A DNA stretch of 64,000 bases from Candidatus Omnitrophota bacterium (GCA_049324575.1 JBMONI010000004.1:43960-107959), one strand, 5' to 3'; shown: positions 9,501 through 24,500, counted from the first letter of the stretch. Made by a program: numbers and translations. The notes: a model not told the origin generated them from the sequence alone.

Positions 9501-12500
9501 CCTACCGGTTTCCAGAAAGGAGGGATCGCCAGTCCCAACAAAAGCGCGAAGACGACCCCATACGCCGCCATAGGAATGACATGATGCGGAAGGTCCGATT
9601 TTAAAGCGGCCCACAGATGGTTCAGGAATTTGGTTTGGGCTCTGGCTTCTTCGATCTCCTCATCCAACGCTTCGATCTCCTCATCCAACGACAGACGAAC
9701 TTCCGCCCGTTCAGACGGTTCCGCGGTTTCTGCGTCTTCGGCCCCGCCCCGCTTTTCACGCGCCTCCTCCATGGCTTTTTTTCGGGCAAGTAATTTTTGA
9801 TATTTTTCCTCCGCCTTGATCTGCCGGTAACGAGCGTTTTTCAACAAAATAACCACGAGAAGGACTGCGACGATCACGATCGCTGTCCCGATAGGATCGA
9901 CGGGGATACCAAAATACTGAACGATCAGTTCCGCGATCGAACGGTTCGTGAACGACATCAGGGACGGAAGATCCGCGAGCCTCGCATGAATACCCAAGGA
10001 CCCGACCCCGATAAAACCGTTGACAAGGAATGCGAAGAACAACAGGCTCGATAGATACATTTTCAGCCCCAAGGCGATATTGTTGCGGTCCGTCGAGCTT
10101 CCCCCCGGTCCCAACAAAACCATCACATACCAGGGCAAGGTCCCGCGGAACCAACGCTGGGAAGCGCGTGCCACCATTTCTTGAAGGCTTTTGACGACCT
10201 GCTCGATAACGATCGCTGTGCGGACCACCAGCGATCCGCTCTGGAACCCTTCTTCATAGTCGTGGGACAGCTGATTGAAAAACAAGGTCGCAAAAGCACC
10301 CCCATAATGCCGCATCTCATACGCCCCCAAGATCCCGCCGCCAAAAACGTAGCCCATAAAGGCCCCGAGTCCGGCTCCCAACAATAAAGAGCTTCCGCCG
10401 ACCGCTACGATCAACAGCATACCCAAGCTGGACCCGAAAAGCGCTCCGAGGATCGAGCCTTGAAGGAAAGCCGCTTTCACCTTTTGATATTCATGCTTGT
10501 ACCCATGCAACCATCCATGGAGATCCACGATGAATTTCCCCGACGGGTCCGTTTGGGCGCTCGAGATCACCCATTTTGCATTGGCGAAAAACTCACCGAT
10601 GATACCGGCCTTGTGGACCTGATCGGCAAACAGTGTCCGTAAGTGATCGCTCATATAATAGACCGGCTGGCCAAGCGCATATCCCGGCCGCCGCAGCATT
10701 TCATGCAAAGACTTTTGGATCGAAAAGACCGCTTCATTCATCTCGATCATCAGCTCCCCGACCGATCCGATCTGCGCATCGGTGATCTCGAACTCATCCC
10801 TGCGACTGCGCAGTTCCCTCTGGATCGCATTCTGCAGATCACTCATCGACATCCGATCGGGATTCTGGATCTGCAGGTATTTCGTCGCGAACCAGTCCAG
10901 AGCCTTACGCCATTCCATGCCGATCTGGTTCTTTTCATCCATGGTGAACGCGTATTTGAGGCGGTTTGGATCATCCGTATCCAGCGCCACCTGTTTTTCA
11001 TACTCGAATCTCAAGACCAGTGAATCGATCACAGCCAATCGCTGCCGCGCCGCGGCATCCTTAGGATCTTTCGTCGCCGCTTCTTGGGCTTTCTGCTTTA
11101 ATTTATTAAAAGCTTGCTGATAGCGGTACGCATAAACATCCTGCACCTCGGGAATGGAAATGTCCGTGCCTGTTCCGTTCAAATAGCGCTCGGCTTTTTT
11201 CGGATTTCCCGCGATAAAAATATTCCGTCGATCTCTGAATTCGGCATCGGTCATCCGGTGTTCTGCTTCAACTCCGGGATTATCCACATGGACCCACCCG
11301 AGCTCGGCCAAATTGGCGAAAACGACATCCAACCTTGCGTTTGTCGCGACCGATGCAGGAGAAAGCTCGATCCCGCGCGCGAATAAAAGATCAAGTTTGT
11401 CCGGAACGTTTGCCTCTTCTTGGGCCTTCTTCAGCGCTTTTTGGGCTTTCTTCAGCGCATCTTGGGCCTTCGCCAACTCTTCTTGGGATGCCGTCGCCGC
11501 TTCTTGGGCACTCGGCGCTTCTTGAGCCTTCCCCAGCGCTTCTTCGGCCTTCTTCAGCGCTTCTTGGGCCTTCTTCAGCGTCTCTTGGGCCGCGGCTCGC
11601 ATCCGAATCAGAAATGCCTCAAAGGTCTCTCCCGGGGATGCCTCTTGGGCATATTTTTCAAGATATTTCGTAACCGCCTTGCGCACCTCTTTATCCTGGA
11701 CCATTAAGGTCGTACTTCCGGACTCGAATAAGGTCTTGAGGGCGACAAGGATGAACGCCGCGAACAAAACCGTCAAAGTGACACTCCACGCCAGGCTCGC
11801 TCCCAAAGCCATCAAAGCCCAATAGACCACAGGGCCAACGAAGAATGCCGTAATCCCCGCCAGGATCGGCATCGGAGGAAGCGATATCCCCATGAAACGC
11901 GTCTCACTGACGACGAGATTGCGTCCGACATATTTTTCGCTTTGGACCTCAGGGTATCTGGACCCGTCTCCCAAGAATCTCAATTGATCGACCATGGACC
12001 CGTATTTCTTGGAAATGTTTTTGATCGTTTTCAAAGCGCCACGGTGGAAAAGATTGAATCGGGCGAACCTTCCCTTCTTGACTTCCGCCTGATTCGTCAC
12101 TTCCACATCGATGATCTGATCCATCAAAAGAGCCGGGCCTTGGTAGCCAGTCTCATAGATCGCCAACGAGATATTACGGCCAGGATTCGCTTCACCGGTC
12201 GCCTGAATATTTGACATCACAGTCTTCCGGAAGGTATCCATATCCGGCAATCCCGTGATCACGGTCATGAGAACACGCTTATCGCGCGGCACACCCTGCA
12301 CGTTGCTCGGCGGAGGGGCCCTGTCAGATCGTCTTTGCGCCGCCGCGGCTGTCTCTTGCAGGAATTGCTGACGATCCCCAGCAATAAACTTCTCGAACTC
12401 CTCCAATTCCCTCTTTTGATCTGCATCCAATTCCGGCGCAGGCGGTCCCAACACCGCCGACATTTTTTTCTCGGAAACCGTTTTGTCCAGAGGCACTTGC

Positions 12501-15500
12501 ATAACCGTATGCGATAGAAAGCCGAAAAGCACCACATAAAACGCGGCATACCACGGCGCGATCAAACTAAAATCAGGAATGATCATCCCCAGGAAGAAGA
12601 CGACCCCCAACAATAAGGCGATGGTCCCGAAATAGAGCATATTCCCAAGGTGAAGGGACATTTTCGCTTTGATGATACTTTCATCCGCGGAATGCTTGTA
12701 ATGACGGATCCGCAGCCCATAATAGATCCAGGCGGTGACTGGCGCCCCTAGGGTCAAAAGCAATCCCAAAAGAGGCGCCGATGCATACAGCACGGTTCCA
12801 TAATAGGACAGCGCATACAAACCGCCCATTCCCAGGATCCACAGCGCGATCCCCTTGGGAGTGAATTTCTTGACCAAAGGCCGCCTCTCGCCGATTTGCC
12901 GGCTATATTCTTCGACATTTTTCGTAAACGCTTCGAGAGGATCCAGCGCTGCGCGGATCTCGGAACGTTGCAGATGCGCTTTCAGTTGGGCAAGGGCCTG
13001 GGTTCTCGCAACACGCGTTAACTTAGGATCGGCGAGGCGATCCAAGACCTCCTCGATCTGTGCGCGTTTCGATGCGATCTCTTCTGCCGTTCCGGAAAAA
13101 CGCAGTTTACGCAACGCCCGCCTCAGATCCTCGATCGAGGTCGTTCGAACGGTCCCTTCACGATACCGACGGTGACGAGAGGTAAGCCAATGGATAATAA
13201 GGGAAAGAAGCGCCATGACGCCGGTAATGCCCAAGAAAATGCTCCCCACCGCCACATGGAATGCCCCCCGGTTCTCCTCCCCCTTGCCGTATTTATCGTA
13301 TTCCCATGCCCGCCGCGCCAGATCGTGGCTTGCAAGAGGTTCCTCATGTTTGACCTCTTCGGGCCTTTGCACCTCCTGCGCGGTTTCCCCTTCTTCGTTT
13401 TTCACAGCTTGCGCAGGCGCTATCTTCAATCCCGTTGACAGAATCCGTTCGCGCAGCTTTTTCCGGAAGTTCTCGACCCCATCAAGCCATGGGTCGGCCT
13501 GCGCCGCCCCCTCCGCTTTCTTCGTCGTTTCCGCAGACGCCGATCTCCCGCCTTTCTCTTCCCTTACCGTCTCCCTAGGCGTCGTCAAATAGATGGTTTG
13601 CACCCACCGCATCGACTGTTGCCAGAGCCAGGTCTTCATGGAATTTTCCGAATCAATCTTCGTTTTTCGATAAGTTTCCTTTTGCATTTCCGGATCCGTT
13701 TTCAGATCCGGATTCTCGATCAACCCCGCTTCGTGCAAACCCAGATTACGGGTCTTGCTGATCAATTCAAGCACGGCATTGATCAATTTCTCATCAAAGG
13801 CCGCTCCGGCATTTCGTTGGACAAAACCGTGATCTTGATATTGTTGAAGAATGAACTTGAGATCCGCAACGATCTGCCGGGCAACCGTCTTTTTCAGAGA
13901 GCGGTCTGTAATGGCCCAATAGAATTTTTCGAGGACCTTGGACGGAAGCGCATCCTTGAAGCCCTCGCTCGCCAAAAGCTCATCGACAAAGCGCCTTGCC
14001 TTCCAGTCGACCCCGATCACTGCGCTGTCATCGTGTTGTTCCTGGGTTTCTTCTTCCGTAAAATTTTCGACAAAGTACCGAGTCACTGCGATCTCAAGTT
14101 CCCGCGCCCTTTCCAGGAGACTCTTCTCACCGGCCTCCGCCGAAAAACGCTGCCCTACGATCAAAGACGCGATCGCTGCGGGATCCAGCTTGATCTGAAA
14201 ACTTCGACTCGCTTCGGCAACAAAATCATGGGTGTCCTGCATGATCAAAAACAAGACCTCCCGGAATTCCGGAGTGTCCGTTTTGACTTGCGGATGTCTT
14301 TCTACAATGAACTGTATCAGGTCCTGAGGATCCCGGAAGGCGGAGCGATTCCAATACAAACGACGGCTCCACTTTAGGATAAAGTCGTTCAACGGCATTT
14401 TTTGGTCTTCGTCCGTCAGTTGCGGATCAAGCTCGCGGGTAAAAAGCCAATGCTTGAGATAGGTCTTCAAATTCTGATCGTCTTGCAGGAACTGGCCTTT
14501 TCGATAATCAGGTTTCCCTCCTGCAAGGACATTGCGAATACCCTCCGTCGCCACACTGCCGACGATCGCCAGCTGTGCGAGCTCCCCGGCGGCCTTCGCA
14601 GGTTTTCCCTGATGCTGCTGATCCAGGCGTTCACGAATTGCAACCCAATAGTTGAACTCCTCGGAACCCGGGACCAAGATCCGGCCTAACTGCGGTCCTA
14701 ACGCAAGAATCGTTCGCTGATCTTCGTTCGGTCCCAAGCTACGAAAATATCGCCCTAAGAAATCCCCCAAAATACGAGCTTTGGCGGCGTCTTTTTCCTG
14801 GAGGAGGGCTTCTTCTTCTGCAGTAACCTGATCGGGCTCGGTCCGTTTTGCCTGAGCCGCTTTTAATTTCGGGGCAAATCCCTCGTCGATCTTTTGAAGT
14901 CTCGCATCCAGAGCGGCCCCATTCCGGCCCGGCATTCGATTGGTGATCCCCATCCTCATTCGGAATTCCGGGATATCCGCATCGGGGATGCCCAATGCCG
15001 TCAGCAGCGCCGAAAGACCGCCTCGGGAAGCGAGTACCCAGTCCGAAAGAAAATAGCCGGGTGCAAAAAATTGCTCGTTCAATTCCGCGAGGCTCAACGA
15101 GCGGCCCAAACTTTTGCGACTGTACTCGAGCATTTTTTTGCATTGCGCGAAATAATTCTCATAGATCCTCTTGGGAAGACTCATTCGAACCAAAAAGTAG
15201 ATATCGGCTGCGGTATAGGCGACCTCCGGGATGTGCTCGCTGATCAGGCGGCGGAGATCAGGAACAGACCGGATCGCCTGTTCAATCTCGTCGAAGGTCA
15301 TGACCTCGCCCTGGGCGGTCCGAGAATCGGTCTGATCCAGCCACCAACTCGCCATCCCTTCCAGTTTATAAATACTGAAGAACTGTCGTGAGATACTGGA
15401 ATGGTCCTCGCCGAAATCGACCCCGCGATCTTCCCGCAACTCTCGTCCGAAATCCTTTTCTGCCTTTTTCCCCGTGATCTCGCCAAGTTCCATATCCACC

Positions 15501-18500
15501 ATGCTTTGCCCTTCGGCGAACATCAGGGCCAGAATATCCTTATAGGTCGCGAACCATCCGCGGATATCCCCTCCATGGGTCTGGATCTTCTTTTGCACGT
15601 CGTTCAAAAATCCTTCCACGAATTTTGATTTGAATTTCGCGGTCGTTTTCTGCTCCCAATCCTGATAATTCTCCGGCGGCTTGCGATTGATATCGAGGTA
15701 CTCCTGATGTTTCTGCATCAGGAACATCACCCGCTGCAATTCATAATGGTTCGTGATGCCATATTTTTCGCTTCCGATAGCAATCTCGATCTTCGGAACC
15801 GTCAAAGTCACATACATTTGCTGAAGTGCGTCATGGATCGCATCAAAATCCGATTTTCCGTCAACGTGGAATAATTGGGCGACCGCGTCGAACATCTCGG
15901 ACATTTCTTCGATCCTTTTGACCAAAACCTCCGGCTTCGCCGGATCAGTCACAAAGCCCGCATAGTAATCGATGATCCCCATCAGTTCGTAATAATGCGC
16001 AATCTTCTGATAATCCACCTTGGGCGTTTCGCCCGTCCATTCCCCGGCAAGATAATTCAGGTAAACGCGCATTTCAGGGAACATGGCCTGCATCTCCCCG
16101 CGATAATCCGCAGAGATCTGCAACTTGCCCAGAAAATCATTCAACGCATTGGAAGCCTCATTTCGGTCAAGCAAAAGCTTCATGATCTGCGGATAATTCT
16201 TCGCGATAGGACTATCCCAGCCGTGAAGCCCACATTGTTCGGCAAAGCTCAAAAGGAAGGACAATCTTGCCGGTTCCCGCCAATTCATGGTTTTGGCGTC
16301 CGAACCCGGCAAAAGGATCCCCAGCACCGCATGGACCGCCTTCTGGAAAGCGGGATCCTGGGTCTTCTCGAGAAGCTTCGTATAATCAGCAACATAAGCG
16401 TCGAATTTCTCTTCATTCTTTGGAGAATCTACGGTAATCAGACTTTCAGGATCCGGATAGATGGGAGGGATCCGGACCCCACCTCTTCCCTCCGTTTCCT
16501 CTTTTATAAGATCGACCCCCATGCGCAATGCGGCCGCGCGGATCGAAGAAAGTTTTTGCTTTTCCCGGCCCGAGACCATGAGAAGATTCTTCGCCAGGGT
16601 CAGTAAAATACCGTTATCGCGTCCGTCCGGCGATTTGATGTCAAGCCCGCCGAGAATAGTGCTCAACGGCTCTTTGATCCGTGCGGCCGTTCGCAAGATC
16701 AATTGAGCGATCTTGATCTTCTGCTCCGGGCTCAGGGATTCCCAATACTCCCGTTCCGAAGGATCGGCATTCGCCCAGCCCACGAACCCATCCACCGACA
16801 TGGCAAGACTCAAAAGCAATCCCATATCATCCGGATCCGAAGATTTCAATTCCCCATACAAGCGCTCCGCCTCTCCACGCAGCTTCTCCGCGATCCCCAT
16901 CCACTCGCTATATTTCTGCTGACGCTGCTGAATGGTCAGTTTTTTCCAGGCCTCTTTTTCCCCGACCCCTGCATAACGCCACGAATCGGCGTCCCCCGAA
17001 ATAAAACGCGCCGCGGCGCTAAGCTCAGCCTGTGCGATCGTGCTGAACGGATCCCGCTTCGGCCGGGAAACTCCCAGCGCAAAAAGTCCGGCCTCGGCCG
17101 CCCAACCCACCGCCGCAAATCTGCCGAAGGTCGGGACCGAACGTCCATCGGGCGTTTTGATCCAGAAAGCCGCTTCCGGCTCTGCCGATCGGGCACGCGC
17201 TTCATTGCTCCTCTGGACATCCGCCATAATACGGATATAGACCCGGAATTCATCCCAATCGAGCCCCATCCGTTCCTTCTCTTCATAGGCCGACCGGATC
17301 GCGGCATGGTGTTTGGGGTCATAAACATCCAGGGCCTCATACAATCCCTCTTGCAGCAGAATGGTCCTGATCGTCGGAGCCTGGCTCAGGAATTTTGCGG
17401 TCCGAAGAACGACCTCGCCTTGCTCATCCGCCGTTAGCGTAAGAATATCGGCAGCGCGGATCTCCTCGATCTTTTTCACCGGATGCAAGGCCATCTCTCG
17501 AAGGATCTTGCGCGCCTGTTCCATATCCTGTTCGATGGCAGCGGCATCTTGTCCTGCCTTTTTCGTCTGATCGAGTTTCTCCTGTACGGTGTGAAGCAGG
17601 TCCGAAATGATCCGGAATGGATCCGTGATCCCATACTTTGCTGCGAGGGTCTTCAGTTCCGGGGATCTTTCCAGGTTATATCGTTCGACCAGCAAATTCA
17701 GCATCTCGTATTGGATCGACGCCTTGGAATCTCCTTTGAAATGGCTCGCCCTTAGCTCCTCCTCGAGATCCGATTTTTTGGCTTCGAGCGCGGCGATCTC
17801 CAGATTTGCTTTGCGCCCTTTTTCGCTCCACATAGCCCGCTCGGAAGGCGTTGCCTGTTCCAAACCGGCTTCCGCCTGCTGCAGAAGCGCCTTCGCCGTC
17901 CGCAGATCGGCCAGCAGGAAACGATACTCCTGGGCTCGCAGAATTCCCGCATAATTGAAACGATCCGCCGGATACAAAGGATCGTAAAGAACGGCTTTTT
18001 GAGCCATCAAAGCCGCCACCATATCAAGGAAGGTCGAATAGGCTTTAAGCCGCTGGGATTCATTCTCGTGAAAGAAGTGGAGGCCGTAGGACTCAAAAAG
18101 CGCCATCGTGAGCTCAGCGATATTTTTTTGCCGGTCGAGATTCAGCGGCTGCCCTCCGTTTATTTTTTCCGCGATCGGCCTTAGCTGCTGCAGTTTCTTG
18201 TTCAGGTCGTCATAGCTGAGCGGCCGGAAGAACAAGCGCTCCCATACGTTATTCGCATTCTGCTTTACAAAAACGCGCATCAAGTGCGCGAAATATTCCG
18301 CGTCCGTTCCCCCGGGATGGATCTCACGCCATTTGGGATAGTTCATCTGATACTGCCATTCCGAAGCGTTCGCTCCGAAATTGAATTTTTTCAAGATCTC
18401 GAGATCCTCTTGAGTCGGCTGCATCGAATTCTTGCGCGTGTCGGGATTCATTTCCATCAGCGCATACTTCAAAAGGATCATCTCAACCGCCGCGGAATTC

Positions 18501-21500
18501 TCGAGTTCGCTCATCGGTGTAGCCGCAGGATCGAATCCAGGAACTGCATCCGGATTGTTCGCAAGGAAACGATAGGCATAGACAAGAACGAGGCCCAATT
18601 TGCGCATATCCACTTTCACATCCGTCGTTGAAGCCGTATCCATGCGAAGGCCGGTATTTTCCCGATACGAAAGCAGGGTTTCCAGGAACGTCCCCAACGG
18701 CAATGACAGGTCATAATCCTTGGAGATGGCATCGATATAAGGAGAAATATCCGCATAAGCCGCTGCAAAAGGACTCCCCGGGCGGAGCAGGTAGTTCATA
18801 TATTGGATCGCGACCAGCAGTTGGGCCTCCTTGATCTCGGTCGTCATCCCCAAAGACTCCAAAACACGCACTAGTACCGGCATCGTCAGAACGTCCATTT
18901 GGATATCCGGATCGCTTGGCTGGATCCCGATGACGATCGATTTTCCGCCTTTGGGCGCCGTCACGGTGATCGGGGTCTCGTGAGGGGTCCGGATCGTAAC
19001 TGCCCGAGTGATCTCTTCATCCGGTCTTCCCTCGATGCCCGTTACACGCATCGTTCCCTCTTTTTCCGTAACGGTAATCGCAACTTTTTTGAATTCATAC
19101 GGGACCGTTGCGGCATCATCCGCAAAAAATGAAACCGCCCCGTCCGGATCGACCTTGATCTTTTTCACGCCATCGAAAAGTTTCCGTGCCGTATCCTTAT
19201 CCAGTTCGATGTCAGTGGTCAGATCCAGGATCCTGTTTTCTTTAGTTCCATCTTTCTTCGTCACTTCAAAAACGACCCGAACCGTATGGGGGGTCATCAA
19301 AGAAAACCGGAATTCACCGGCATAGGTTTCATTGGCCGGGTCCGCAGCCGCGAGATCAAAGGCCTGCGGCAACTGGACCCCGAAAAGCCTTTGCGCAAGC
19401 ACTCCAAGTGCATTGGCCAATTCGACCTTTGCAACCGGAACCTGGGCATCCGAAACAACATCCTTCGGAAGGACCGGCATGACCATTTTATTGCTAAGTC
19501 CGTCGGCAACTTCCTGTTTATCGAAAGGCTCCGGCATCGGCTTTTTCTCAACCGCCGTTCCGGGAGTCGACTCAGCCGCTCGCGTCTGTCTTTCCGCGAT
19601 CGCCCCCAACTGACCCGCCTGTTCCGCCAAGCGGGCATATTCTTCCGTAAATTCCTTCGAAGGCTGATAAGGGACCGCGACGGGTCCTCTTGTGACGGCC
19701 AATTTCCCCTGGAGAAGCGCTTCGAGATAATTCGCGGCTTTTTCCACGTCGCCTCCGGCGAGCAAAGCGCGAACGGACGCCTCATACCATTCGCCTTCAC
19801 GTTGGATGTATTTCCCAGGGACCATATCGCCAAGGATGAATCCTGAGGTTCGGGCGCGCAGAAAATCGGCGTTGTCAAGCGCGATCGGAAGATTGAAGGC
19901 ATAGACCGAAGCGGCGCGGATCAGTACCTGATATTGAAGCAGGATCCGGTACGCTTCCTTAAGCCTGACGTCGTCGGTCTGCATCGAAGAAAGCTTGGCG
20001 TCCAGAGCCGCGATGGCATGCTGGATGGAAGCTTGCGCATCGACCAAATTGACCGCGACTTCTCCGTAAAGGAGCGTGCTGGTATTGATCGAAAGATGCG
20101 AATGGATCCAACGGCGTATGCCGGTCAGACGGCTCCTGAGTTCATTAGCTTCTGTCCCCTTCAAATGCGCGTTCAAGATGTTATCCCTCTCCAGAACGCT
20201 CAACACCTTATCCGAACTGTCAGCCAGAAGACGAAGGACATCCTGTCCGGCAAGCGGCATCTTGGGAAGCCGGAGCTCTCGGTCGGGATCAAAGCCCAGC
20301 CATCGCAAGAAGTTCTGCCGCGCATTGTCGACAACCTTCGCCTGGGTATCCACGGCCAGTCCCGACTCTTCGGCGATATCCGCGATCCTCTTTGTCGTGT
20401 CATCCGGCGTGGACGGTCCCGCAAGGGCATCACGCAAGGCAGAATTCCTCGAAAAACGGTATGTGTTGAGATCAAGGATCGCCGCGTGGGTTCTCAGATC
20501 CACGAACATATTCCGTCCGAGGGCGATCTGCTGCCCTCTTTCCGCGGCGTTGAGGAACCCGTGCTGGTCGGCCTGCAGACGGTCGATCCCGGGTTGAAGG
20601 TTATAGAACAATAATTCGAGCGGTTCGCTGATCTGAAGCGCAAGGTCCATGTTAAAAGGCATCAAGGACACCGATTGCTGCAGCCACATGCGATCGGTCA
20701 AGCGCTCGACCCAGCTCCGGCCCGCATGCCAGCGGTGATACAACCAGCGATGCGCGGCCACTTGATCGTCGGCAAAGCGATCCACAAGCCCATAAGCTTT
20801 CGCCGTATCCAAATCAAACGGTGTCGTGGCGCGGTCATTGAGCCAACCCGCCGTTTTAGCGCCGCGACTCGCTTGCGGAGGTTTAGCCGCCATCCCGGTC
20901 ACCATCAAACGCCAGGCAAGATCGCGCACATGGCCAAAATCGCGGAGCTCCTCGAGATCCGCCTCCAAAAGCCCTATCCGAAGCTCGAGCACATTACGGT
21001 CGGAACCTGCTCCGGTCTTTTTACGATTCTCCAACTGCTCAAGTTCTCCGCCGTGCCGCACTCCCTGAGGATCCGTATAGCCGGCGATCTCCCCGATCTT
21101 TTTATTCGCCGCCTCACGCTGTTTTTCCGTATTTTCAAGTGTTCGGCCCATCTGCTCGCGCTGAACAGCCTGCTCACGAACGAGGTCGAAATAACCCATC
21201 GTTTCCGCATGCCCCTCCGTGATCGAAGTCGCTTTTTCGACCTTAACACGATACTTCTTCCCGCCATCGAACCAGCTCCAAAGGATCCCTAAAAAGGACT
21301 TTTGTTCCGCTCCCTGAGCCTGCTCTTGCGCGAAAAGACCGTCCATCGCAAAGTAAGGGGCATCCCCGTAGGCCGGGATCACGATGAAATCGATCCCGCG
21401 GTTGCGATAGGCAAATCCCATCTGAGACAAAGCGACGGCCAGTTTGCGTTTCCCCCACGATTCCTCGGAACCGGCGCTGAACGATTCCCCCGGAAACCGG

Positions 21501-24500
21501 CGGTTGAACATTTGCTGTATTCTTTGACGCATGGCCGGCTCCCCGTCCCAGCCTTCATGTTGCTCGTTCCATCGATCCACCTGACCCATGAATTTCTTGT
21601 AATAGTCATTGCCCGGATCCGTATCGTCATAATCCTGCGGTAAATAGCCGTTATTCATCAGGCGAAGATAACGGCGCACCGTTCGGTTCATTTCTTCGGT
21701 CAAATTGGAAATGCTCCGGTCCAGGGCTCCGATCTGGATATCCTGGTGCTGGAGCGATATCCCGTATTGGGCTGCCCGTTCGGGCTTAGCGTCCATCTCA
21801 CGCCGATTCATTCCTTGCGTTTTTACAACGGCGTCGCGCTGCGCCTTCAAAGTGGCGATCCTTTGGCGGTCCGCCGCGATCACCTGATACAACTCGAGCG
21901 CTTGGACCATGCCTCCGCGTTCGGCGAGGACCTCTCCTTCCCGATGGGCTTTCAGCTTTTGATAGATCAGCATGATCTCGGGAACGCTGTCTTCACCCAC
22001 ATGGAACTCGAAATCCATCTGCAAGATCCGGAACTTGCCTTTTTGATCGATAAAAGCCTGAGGAACGACCTTTTGGAGTATGGCCTGATCGTTGTACGAA
22101 ATATCCCGGACCGTCGTCCGCCCGGCGAACCCTTCCGTCGCTTTCTTTCCCCGAAGCTGTCCCTGCTCTTCCAGCAAAAGGTCCCTGCGAACCAGGAAAT
22201 TCTGGGCCGCCTGGAGATCCAGCTCGATCTGTTCCCGGGCACCGCGAGTCCTGTTCAAACGGGCCTGGATCGCCGAAACAAGCTCCCGGGCGATCTGTTC
22301 CGGCTTTTGGCCGACATCATATTTACGCGCAAGCTGCTGCAGAGCCCGGTCCGTATTCTCAAGCTCATGCTGGAAAACTCGCGGCATGACCGCATCCAGC
22401 ATGCCGTAGATCAAAGCGCGTTTTGCCTTGGCAAGCGCCGCAAGTTCGCGGGTCTTTTCCCGAATAGCGGCCGGATCCCTGAGAGACTCCCGCTCTTTGG
22501 CGATCTTTTGCTCGCTTTTCATCAGTTCGCGAAGCCGGCCGCGGATCTCCCCCGGCCCCCGCAACGCAAGAAATCCGGCAAGGCGCTCCACCTCTTCATA
22601 CTGGAGCATGCTCTCCCGCTCTCCGCCGAAAGTCAGATGGCGCCCGGTCCGGTTCCGCGCATCCATATGAAGGAAAACGCCCGAAAGCCCGTCGCGCTCT
22701 TCGAGATCGACAAAATTGACATCCGCCGTTCGCGGAGGCAGCGCGGAAGGTTTGAAAGCCGTTTCTTGGTCCTTGCTGAGCCTGTCATCGAGATCGACCG
22801 CCGCAAGGTTCAATTGGGTCAGAAGATTGCGGGCTCCCTGCAGGTTCTTCTGAAGATCCGCAAATTCCCCGAGAATATTCAGGACCTCGCGGGCTGTCGC
22901 CGGCAGGGAATCCGAAAGAGCCCCGCCGCGGGTAGTATCAGCCGGAAGCGTCGTTAAGGCATCGGACAGGGCACCGCTCCGGTAATAATTTGCCTGGTCC
23001 CGGAGAAGTTTTTTCGCTTTCTCCCACTGCACCGCCGCATGCTCAAGGCGCTGTCCCAATTCAGCTTCCTCGATCGCGAGCTCACGCACCTGGGTCTCCA
23101 ATTGGCGTATTTCTTCCGCATATTCGCGCGCATGGCGCTGTTCACGGATGTCCCAATAGATCGGCGGCATGGGACGGTCTTTGGAGAATTCAACCGGCAA
23201 TTTGAGGTTCATGATCGCGGCCACCGGATTCAGACTGAAGTCGAGTTCGATCCCGAACCGGACACGAAAACGTTCGCGGCTTTTCTTGACCACGTCCTGC
23301 AGCTGCTCGCGCTGGTATCGGAGCAGCGCCACCTGGTAATGCAGGCCCCCTTCGCGGGCCTCTCCCGGATGCTGGTCGCGCATGCTGGTCGGCAAGGCGC
23401 GGGCCAAGGCTTCCTGGATCTTCGTGTCCTTTTGGGCAGGATCATTATAAAAAGCCGGGTCCAGGATCGCCGCCTCGAGATCGACCGCTTCATCCGGCAA
23501 ATAAGCAGCCAGCATTTTAAGACGGTCACGATCCGCGACATACGCCGCTTGTGCATTTTGACGCTCGAGACGGATCTGGCGGAGCATGGATTCCACGTTC
23601 CGCCCTCCAAAACGTTCATCCGCGATTTTTTGCCGGGCAACTTCCGGAAGATCGGCCAACTCTTTCTCCAATTCAACCAAGCTGTCAACGACCGAGCGGC
23701 TGCGGAGCATGCCGTTGATAAGCCCGGCAGCGGCATTGGTCAAAAAGACGATCCCTTTCTGCAATTCGACATCCGTAAAATCAACTTCAACATCGCCAAG
23801 CCGCTGGCGCGGTCCCTGCGAGGGGTCCCAAACCGGCCCTTCGAGCCTCACGAACGCTGAGACGCTTGCCGGCACCGCAGCCCCCTTGAGCCCGACCTGC
23901 AATTTCCACTGACGAAGCGCCGTCTCACGGCCTTTGGCATCGGCAAGCCGCATCGCCGTCGGATAGGTGGCCGCCGCATGCCGCACGACCCGCTGCAAGA
24001 AGCTATCAAGACTCACCCGCCGGGGTTCCGGCTGCGGTTGCGCCGGCGGTTCGATCGCATCAATCGTCCGGGCCGAGGTCTTATCGTCGATCACCTCGCC
24101 CAGGATCTTTTCGAGCAACGCTCGCTGTTCATCCGTCAGTCTCCCCGCCTGCTGGACATCCTGGATCGCCTGGACCGCGGCGTCACGGAACCAAGCCGCG
24201 CTCGTTTCGGACCAATTCGGATCCTCCTTGTGCCGGTCCTGGATCGAAGTCCGCATCTGCTGGACTTTGGGATCCTGCGATTGATTTTTCATAAGATGAC
24301 TGAACACGATCTCCCAAGGCTCGATCCCGGGATGCGCATCCCGCAAATTGCGGAACAAGGCCTGAACGATGCCGCCGGAAAGATCTCTCCGCGCTTGCAA
24401 TTCGCGGGCAAGAGGATTTCCCTCATAGAATAAACGTCCTTCAACCGCACTGATCAAAAGCTGCTCCGCTCCATTGTTCAGGCTCCCCACCGTTACCGCT

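Noticed and set aside
21746-22957. Long plus-strand ORFs (also 31058-32320, 33110-34384, 35231-36496, 42499-43935, 47030-48280, 52756-54063)
   Set aside because: Antisense shadows of GC-rich minus-strand genes, with no recognisable motifs.
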